This document shows, in pieces, positions 22,538-28,285 of a stretch of DNA of 28,285 nucleotides. The first letter of the stretch is position 1; every line of letters begins with the position of its first letter. The DNA lies in NCBI GenBank assembly GCA_964359535.1, contig CAYHTF010000001.1, positions 1-28,285 of the forward strand. The letters are read 5' to 3'. The notes under the pieces were generated by a model that ran no database searches, was not told the origin of the DNA, and saw only the letters and a program-made list of their open reading frames with translations. The position numbers and the translations under genes are program-made. The DNA is from an uncultured Candidatus Saccharibacteria bacterium (GTDB lineage: Bacteria; Patescibacteriota; Minisyncoccia; Minisyncoccales; JAUWAW01).

Positions 22538-25054
22538 ATGCAGGCGATTGGATTTTTATGGATTATAGCCAGTTATCTGTTGGGCTCTTTGCCTTTTGGT
22601 TTTTTGTTTGGCCGCTGGTTCGGCAAAAAGAATGTTTTGGCCGAGGGCTGGCAGAAAACATCGGCCACTAATGTGGCCCGGGTGGCTGGTTTTTGGCCGG
22701 CTGTTTTGACTGGCGCGATGGATTTGACCAAAGGTTTTTTGGCTGTTTGGCTTGGCCAGAAACTCGGACTTTCTCAAACGGTATTGGCGTTATCTGGGGT
22801 AGCGGCGATTGTTGGCCATAACTGGTCTTGTTTTTTACGACTCAAAGGCGGCCGGGGCGTGGCCACCTTTATTGGCGCGGGTTTGGCGCTTTCTCCTCAA
22901 ATTACCATTCTTGGCGTACTGCCATTTTTATTGCTCGCTCTTATTTGGAACTCGGCCATTGGCACATTGGTTATGCTGGCTGTGATTTTAATATTGATTT
23001 TTTTGTTTGGCCAATTTTTGCCAGCCGGGCTTTTTATTATTTTGGCTTCAATAATTATCTTAATCAAAAGGCTAAATTTTCAAGCCGAATGTAAGGAAAT
23101 TTTGGCGGTTACAAAATATAAGCGGTCGCTTACATTTTGTAACCGGCTTGTTTTTGACAATGACCAGCCGCAATTTCAATTAAGATTAAAAAACATTATA
23201 GCTCGATTTGTGCCAAAAACAAAAGAGTTCTCTGAAAAAACACCGTTAGAAATGACATTTCTATCGGAGCAAGTCGAACCGATTTTTGAACTTAAGCCAA
23301 GCGATATTAAAAATTTTATCTTGTCAGCCAGGCAAAAACTCGTTCAATGTCAGGAAGAAATAAATCGGATAAATGTTTTTCCGGTAGCGGACAAAGACAC
23401 TGGCTATAATTTGGCCGCCACTTTGCGGGGTATAAGCGAGGCCATTAGTCAAAAAGATTACGATTCATTATTTGAATTATCGCGGGATATTGAAAGGAGC
23501 GCCTTGCAAAGCGGACAAGGCAACGCGGGTATGATTTTGGCCGGCTGGCTTTTGGGTTTTCTGTCGGAAATCAAAAACAAAGATGTCGTCAATAGTTCTT
23601 GTCTAATCAAAGCTCTGGAAAAAGCGGCCATTGGAGCTGAGTTGTCAATTGCCAAGCCCGTTGAAGGCACGATTTTAGACGCAATGAAAGCGGCGACGCT
23701 GAGCGCCGCTCAAGCCCCGCTTAGCGCCCCGCTGAGCGGGGCTCAAGGGGCGGATAAGCCCGATATCGCCCAAATCTTAAAAGCGGCGCTGGCGCGGAGC
23801 GAAAAAGCGCTTGGACAAACTCAAAATAAATTGGCGGTTTTAAGAAAAAATAAAGTGGTTGATGCTGGCGCTTTGGGTTTTGTGAAAATCTTGGAGGCCT
23901 GGGTGGAAGTTTTGTCCAGTCCCGGCATGGACACGATCGTGTCCGCTGGGGTTCCGCGGATAAAAACAAAAAAGCAAGCTCCAAAAGAAAACGAAAACCG
24001 ATTTGAAACCGTTTGCCGGTTCCGGGCAGATGACAACATTGATTTGGAATTTATAAAGCAAGAATTTTCTTTGCTTGGCGATTCTTTGGATTTTATCTCC
24101 GCTGAGAACGAAATGAAACTGCACATTCATACTTCTTTTCCGGAAAAAGTCAGGGAAAAACTGTCGTCTTATGAAATTGTGGAATGGCGAAGCGAAGAAT
24201 TGGTTGAGCCAGTTGGTATAGTGGTTTGTGACAGCGCCGACTTGACCGATGATTTTATCAGACAACATAGCATTGAGCGGGTATTTTTTACAGTCCGCTT
24301 TCCAAGCGGCGAGGTTGTTCATAAAGATGATTTTTTTAACCAAATGCGCGAGGCAATAAAACAAAATAAACCTTTGTCCGTCACGGCCGCGCCCTCTATT
24401 GGCGATTTTCTATCCGCTTTTCAGAAATCGTTGAATAATTTTGAAACAGTTTTGGTGATCACCCCTTCCGCTAAATTATCGGCCGCTTATACCGCGGCTT
24501 GTTCAGCCAGAGAGATGGCGCCTGAAAAACAGCGGCTTTTTGTTTTTGATTGCGATAGTTTTGAAATGGGCGAGGGATTCGCGGCTATGAAAGCCCAAGA
24601 ATTTATTGGGCAGGGCAAAAGGATTGAAGAAATAATAGGGGACTTGGAAATTTTTTGCCCAAAAATAAAAATAATCGGCTGTTTGGCGAATTTTGCTTAT
24701 GTGGCTAGAAGCGGCCGCGTTAAACTGCCTAGAATTTTAGTTGCCATATTAAACTCGCTGCCAAAGATCGGCCTGTATATTTTAGTGGCCTTAGAGCAAG
24801 GGAAAGTTAGGTTGTTGGGCCTGAGAGCTGGCTACGACCCTATTAAAATTATTGTTCAAGAAATAGAAAAGCAAACCAATGGCCGATTATCTATACTAGC
24901 CGTGGCGCACGGCGATTGCCCCGAGAGAGCGCAAGTTTTGAAAGAATTTTTGGAGCAAAAATTAAAAAAAGAAATTTTGTTTGTTTCGCCCTTGTCTTCG
25001 GTCATCGGCCTTTATACCGGCCCGGACAGTTTGGTGGTTGGTTTTGTGGTATGA
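22538..25054 (+). CDS. multidomain fusion: PlsY acyl-phosphate:glycerol-3-phosphate acyltransferase + FakA-like (DAK2/DhaL) kinase + FakB-like (DegV) fatty-acid-binding protein
   Basis: PlsY: LLGSLPFGFLFGR...SATNVARVAG...DLTKGFLAVWLG...VGHNWSCFLRLKGGRGVAT. FakA: RINVFPVADKDTGYNLAATL, SGQGNAGMILAGWL, AKPVEGTILDAMKAA, VVDAGALGF, LGDSLDFISAENEMKLHIHT. DegV: VVCDSADLTDDFI, SVTAAPSIGDFLSAF, ITPSAKLSAAYTAA, FVFDCDSFEMGEGF. Confidence 0.88.
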   Translation: MQAIGFLWIIASYLLGSLPFGFLFGRWFGKKNVLAEGWQKTSATNVARVAGFWPAVLTGAMDLTKGFLAVWLGQKLGLSQTVLALSGVAAIVGHNWSCFLRLKGGRGVATFIGAGLALSPQITILGVLPFLLLALIWNSAIGTLVMLAVILILIFLFGQFLPAGLFIILASIIILIKRLNFQAECKEILAVTKYKRSLTFCNRLVFDNDQPQFQLRLKNIIARFVPKTKEFSEKTPLEMTFLSEQVEPIFELKPSDIKNFILSARQKLVQCQEEINRINVFPVADKDTGYNLAATLRGISEAISQKDYDSLFELSRDIERSALQSGQGNAGMILAGWLLGFLSEIKNKDVVNSSCLIKALEKAAIGAELSIAKPVEGTILDAMKAATLSAAQAPLSAPLSGAQGADKPDIAQILKAALARSEKALGQTQNKLAVLRKNKVVDAGALGFVKILEAWVEVLSSPGMDTIVSAGVPRIKTKKQAPKENENRFETVCRFRADDNIDLEFIKQEFSLLGDSLDFISAENEMKLHIHTSFPEKVREKLSSYEIVEWRSEELVEPVGIVVCDSADLTDDFIRQHSIERVFFTVRFPSGEVVHKDDFFNQMREAIKQNKPLSVTAAPSIGDFLSAFQKSLNNFETVLVITPSAKLSAAYTAACSAREMAPEKQRLFVFDCDSFEMGEGFAAMKAQEFIGQGKRIEEIIGDLEIFCPKIKIIGCLANFAYVARSGRVKLPRILVAILNSLPKIGLYILVALEQGKVRLLGLRAGYDPIKIIVQEIEKQTNGRLSILAVAHGDCPERAQVLKEFLEQKLKKEILFVSPLSSVIGLYTGPDSLVVGFVV

Positions 25055-26031
25055 TAACAGATAATATTATGACTCAAATAAAAAGATTGATTATCATTGA
25101 CGGCCACGCGGTTCTGCACCGCGCTTTTCACGCTTTGCCTCCCTTGACCACTCAAAAAGGCGAGCAGGTGAACGCCATTTACGGCTTTTTACTTGTTTTT
25201 TTTAAGGCCTTAAATGAGTTTAGGCCCGACTTTGCGGTGGCCACTTTTGATTTGCCCGCTCCGACTTTTCGGCATCAAGAGTTCAAAGAATATAAAGCCA
25301 AGCGGCCCAAAATGGCCGATGAACTGGCCGAGCAAATTCCTAAAATAAAAAATATTCTTACCGCTTTTAGCGTACCTATTTTTGAAAAAGAGGGCTTTGA
25401 GGCCGATGATTTAATCGGTGCTTTGAGCCGGCAAGCGGAGCAGGAGCAAGTGGAAACAGTTATCATTAGCGGCGATTTAGATGTTTTACAGCTGGTTGGC
25501 CCTGCCACAAAGGTTTTCGCGTTGCGAAAAGGGGTTAAAGACACTGTTTTGTATGACGAGGAAAAAGTGAAAGAAAAATACGATGGATTATTGCCAAGCC
25601 AGCTTTTGGACTACAAGGCCTTGCGGGGCGACCCGTCCGACAATATACCCGGGGCCGCTGGTATTGGCGAGAAAACAGCTTTAACGCTTATTAAGGATTT
25701 TGACAATATTGAAAATATTTATGAAACCATTGAACAACAATCGGACGGCGCGGAAAAAATAACTCCAGCGGTCAAAGAAAAACTGACAGCGTCAAAAGAA
25801 CAAGTTTTTCTTTCAAAAAGATTAGTCGCCATCAGAAAAGACGCGCCAGTAGATTTAAATCTTGAGCAATGCCGCTGGGGCGATTATGATTTTGAAAAAG
25901 CGGAAAAAGCGCTTGGCGATTTTGAGTTTTACAGCTTAATCAAAAAAATACCCGCCCCGATGGCCATCGGGGCGGAACGGGCAAAACAGGAAGAAGAAAA
26001 ACCTAAACCGAGCAACTTAAAACTGTTTTAG
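25051..26031 (+). CDS. stand-alone 5'-3' exonuclease (PolI N-terminal domain homologue); start could be 25069
   Basis: IIIDGHAVLHRAFHALPP, VATFDLPAPTFRHQEFKEYKAKR, FEADDLIGALS, VIISGDLDVLQLV, ALRGDPSDNIPGAAGIGEKTA; ORF ends without a polymerase domain. Confidence 0.93.
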   Translation: MITDNIMTQIKRLIIIDGHAVLHRAFHALPPLTTQKGEQVNAIYGFLLVFFKALNEFRPDFAVATFDLPAPTFRHQEFKEYKAKRPKMADELAEQIPKIKNILTAFSVPIFEKEGFEADDLIGALSRQAEQEQVETVIISGDLDVLQLVGPATKVFALRKGVKDTVLYDEEKVKEKYDGLLPSQLLDYKALRGDPSDNIPGAAGIGEKTALTLIKDFDNIENIYETIEQQSDGAEKITPAVKEKLTASKEQVFLSKRLVAIRKDAPVDLNLEQCRWGDYDFEKAEKALGDFEFYSLIKKIPAPMAIGAERAKQEEEKPKPSNLKLF

Positions 26032-26043
26032 TGTAGCGTAATT

Positions 26044-26484
26044 CTATCTCCTCTTCACCCATAATGGTTGTTTCATCGTTTTCCAAACTAATTTTCCTTT
26101 TATTTGTACCCACCTTATTGCTCTTCTCAGCGTATTAATGTCATCTCCAAATTTGCCTAAACTTGTATTACAACTACTACAAAGCCACCCTCGAACACTT
26201 CCGTCTATATGGCTATGGTCTAAAACCACATCATTATTGTGTTCTCTGATAAAAGTTTTATTACAAATAGGGCAGGTAAATGGTTCACCTATTTTAGGTC
26301 GCGGGTGTGATAATTCAAAAATCTTTTTTTGTTCCGGATCTATCTTTACTTTTTTGGCGTAACATTCTCTACACACAGGTCTACGTAAGATTCTATTATC
26401 CTTGCCGTATTGGTTTGGAGCAAAATCTTCAACATTTTTACTCCTCTTACATTCTCTACAATATTTTAATTCTTTTTTTGCCAT
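26044..26484 (-). CDS. endonuclease VII-like HNH nuclease
   Basis: MAKKELKYCRECKRSKNVEDF...RRPVCRECYAKK...FTCPICNKTF...VVLDHSHIDGSVRGWLCSSCNTSLGKFGDD (Zn-binding HNH/Endo VII signature). Confidence 0.88.
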   Translation of the reverse strand: MAKKELKYCRECKRSKNVEDFAPNQYGKDNRILRRPVCRECYAKKVKIDPEQKKIFELSHPRPKIGEPFTCPICNKTFIREHNNDVVLDHSHIDGSVRGWLCSSCNTSLGKFGDDINTLRRAIRWVQIKGKLVWKTMKQPLWVKRR

Positions 26485-26485
26485 A

Positions 26486-27928
26486 TTATTTAAATTTAAG
26501 GCGTTTCTGTATTGAGGATATTCTTTTTTGAGCAATATTGCAATAATCCTTGCTTATTTCACTGCCTATATAATTTCTTTCTTCAAGAATACACATTTTA
26601 GCCACAGTTCCGCTACCCATCATAGGATCATATACCACATCATGTTTGTTGCTCCACGTATAAATATGATCACGCGCTAATTTTTCAGGAAATATTGCGG
26701 GGTGTTCAAAGGCAATACCATCGCTCGTAGAGTGTCCTTTTCCAATATTGTATTCCCAGACATTTTTTCTTCTTCCGAATTCACCATAACCGCCGCGCTT
26801 TAAGTTTAATAGTTTTCCGTTTTGTAATCTTTTTGTTCCATTATCGCCACTTCTTGACTCTTTGTTTTTTCTATCCTTAATAAGGTTAACTGTTTTGGGA
26901 TTTCCTTTACTAAAAATAAACATATATTCAAATGATTGCCAATATGTTTTATTATTACCGACAGCGCCCCTTGGCGGTTTAGAATATATCATTGTGTCAA
27001 AAAGTTTAAACCCACATTCTTTAAAATAAAGCGCCTGACGAAACGAACTACCTGTTTCATCGCCTTTTATAGTTTCATCGCCAACCACCCATACAACAAC
27101 GCCCCCTTGTTTTATCACCCTAAACAAACCTTTAGCAATGCCTTCAAAGTTAAAACTGTAACCTTTGTAGTTTCTTAATTCGTCATAAGGCGGCGATGTT
27201 ACCACAAGATCTATCGAGTCGGGCGGAAATGTTTTCATTACATCTACTGCGTCGCCACAAATGATTTTATTTAGTGGTAATTCTCTGCGTTGTTCTGTTT
27301 CTTTATATTCTGGGAGTTGAATTATTGAAGCTCCTTCCTCGCGGATAACATCAAGCACAATGCCTTGTATGGAAACGCCCCGCCCATTTCTGAAAATGAG
27401 CGGCTTCATATCTTTGTTTGCCGGCTGTAAGCGGATATGCCCTTTTTCTTTGTAAAATTTCTTTAAGGTTGCTTCATGATTATCTATGAGAGCTACTACT
27501 TTTTGTCCATTTTCGGCTGTTTCTTGCTGGCGCACTAAAACAACATCTCCGTCATTTATATTTTCGTCAATCATACTATTGCCAACCACGCGGAGAGCGT
27601 AAACTTCTGACGAGTAAGGAATTTTGCTTTTAGGAACAGCGATAGTCTCTCTATCTATAATTGTTTCTATTGGCTGGCCCGCGGCAATAGTTCCCAAAAG
27701 TGGAATTTTTATCATTGTTTCGCGGCCTAATGTTTCAATGGAGCGCGGTTTGTTTTCTTTTTTTGACAGGTATCCCAAATCGCGGAGCTTGGAAACATGA
27801 AAATGCGCCGTTGAAACAGACGCGAGCTTGAATTTCTTGCGTATCTCGTCAAGAGAGGGGGCGTATTCTTTCCGCTTTTGATAATCGGTTATGAAATCAA
27901 GAACTTGTTTTTGCTTTTTTGTGAGCAT
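26486..27928 (-). CDS. LexA-type repressor/peptidase fused to N4/N6 DNA methyltransferase
   Basis: LexA HTH TKKQKQVLDFITDYQKRKEYAPSLDEIRKKF...STAHFHVSKLRDLGYL; cleavage site IAAG|...(A83-G84); S118 in VVGNSMIDENINDGDVV; K156 in EATLKKF; C-term MTase VVTSPPYDELRNYKGY, VWVVGDETIKGDETGSSF, FEYMFIFSKG, EHPAIFPEKLARDHIYTWSNKHDVVYDPMMGSGT. Confidence 0.93.
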   Translation of the reverse strand: MLTKKQKQVLDFITDYQKRKEYAPSLDEIRKKFKLASVSTAHFHVSKLRDLGYLSKKENKPRSIETLGRETMIKIPLLGTIAAGQPIETIIDRETIAVPKSKIPYSSEVYALRVVGNSMIDENINDGDVVLVRQQETAENGQKVVALIDNHEATLKKFYKEKGHIRLQPANKDMKPLIFRNGRGVSIQGIVLDVIREEGASIIQLPEYKETEQRRELPLNKIICGDAVDVMKTFPPDSIDLVVTSPPYDELRNYKGYSFNFEGIAKGLFRVIKQGGVVVWVVGDETIKGDETGSSFRQALYFKECGFKLFDTMIYSKPPRGAVGNNKTYWQSFEYMFIFSKGNPKTVNLIKDRKNKESRSGDNGTKRLQNGKLLNLKRGGYGEFGRRKNVWEYNIGKGHSTSDGIAFEHPAIFPEKLARDHIYTWSNKHDVVYDPMMGSGTVAKMCILEERNYIGSEISKDYCNIAQKRISSIQKRLKFK

Positions 27929-27950
27929 GTTAGAAATCGTTAATGAATGA

Positions 27951-27965
27951 GTGGCGGTTAGCCAC
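27951..27965. repeat. short hairpin in leader of the LexA-methylase gene
   Basis: GTGGC-GGTTA-GCCAC. Confidence 0.5.
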
Positions 27966-27987
27966 GAATGAATTTACGAGTTCTTAC

Positions 27988-28097
27988 ACCCCGTACTAAT
28001 CCTAATGGCGAACTCTGTTTAAGCGCAAATAGAGCCGCAGGCGAATTCGCAGATAAACTATGCCTGAAAATTTTCATCGCTGGGATTAGTATGGGGT
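27988..28097 (-). other. multibranched RNA-like structured leader upstream of the LexA-methylase gene
   Basis: Closing stem ACCCCGTACTAATCC (27988-28002) / GGATTAGTATGGGGT (28083-28097), 15 bp; internal 8-bp stem CTCTGTTT/AAATAGAG (28013-28020/28027-28034); 5-bp stem CAGGC/GCCTG (28038-28042/28062-28066). Confidence 0.6.
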
Positions 28098-28107
28098 TGA
28101 CTCTATT

Positions 28108-28113
28108 ATTATA
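28108..28113 (-). promoter_or_regulatory. candidate -10 box (TATAAT) of the LexA-methylase leader
   Basis: RC TATAAT located just upstream of the structured leader; -35 not convincing. Confidence 0.35.
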
Positions 28114-28155
28114 GAAAATAAATAGAAAGTATAAAAGAGGGAGTTATCCACAACA

Positions 28156-28186
28156 AAAACCTCGGTCGTCAATTGACGAACGAGGT
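28156..28186 (-). terminator. rho-independent terminator, likely for the SDR gene
   Basis: RC ACCTCGTTCGTCAATTGACGACCGAGGTTTTTG. Confidence 0.8.
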
Positions 28187-28216
28187 AAAAACCAAATCGA
28201 GCGATATTAAACTATT

Positions 28217-28285
28217 TTAATTGGCCAGCCAGCCGCCATCTACGACAACCACGGCTCCGGTGATGTATGAAGCCTCGTCCGAAGC
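28217..28285 (-). CDS. C-terminus of an SDR-family oxidoreductase (5' part outside window)
   Basis: RC translates ASDEASYITGAVVVVDGGWLAN*, the typical SDR C-terminus (S..ASYITG..ivVDGG). Confidence 0.85.
   Translation of the reverse strand, partial: ASDEASYITGAVVVVDGGWLAN

Noticed and set aside
23840-24364. 174-aa antisense ORF inside the PlsY-Fak fusion
   Set aside because: Composition (F/H/Q-rich shadow) typical of antisense frames; sense frame has strong domain motifs.
28008-28022. Classical LexA box (GAAC-N4-GTTC) in CGAACTCTGTTTAAG upstream of the LexA fusion
   Set aside because: Spacing is GAAC-N3-GTTT, which does not fit the Gram-positive consensus, and the segment is part of the RNA-like hairpin; operator identity unresolved.

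Overview
The window looks like a chromosomal segment of a Patescibacteria/CPR-type (Parcubacteria-like) bacterium. That assignment is inferred from gene style, compact operons and AT-rich hairpin-filled spacers; no database search was possible. Backbone: a two-component pair flanking a DUF4143-type ATPase, a type IV pilus operon (pilB, pilC, four (pseudo)pilins, pilM, pilN, pilO), tRNA-Pro, -Arg, -His and -Leu, tmRNA plus smpB, argS, an HD hydrolase and a stand-alone 5'-3' exonuclease. Accessory content: (i) a minus-strand R-M island with a DNA methyltransferase, a HARE-HTH+HNH nuclease, a small zinc-ribbon ORF and a D12 methylase missing its SAM-binding N-terminus; (ii) a Panacea-domain antitoxin with its partner toxin and a RelE/ParE-like TA pair; (iii) a complete-looking LexA repressor/peptidase fused to a DNA methyltransferase, followed 1 nt later by an endonuclease VII-like HNH gene and preceded by a highly structured leader. 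Item (iii) is the best candidate for an undescribed damage-responsive R-M-like system. A second standout is one polypeptide joining PlsY, FakA-like (DAK2) and FakB-like (DegV) modules, potentially a fatty acid to lysophosphatidate enzyme. Other oddities: ArgRS with TVGN in place of the HIGH motif, a tmRNA tag ending ALAYA, palindromic or repeat insertions inside conserved genes, and a 46-bp near-perfect palindrome.
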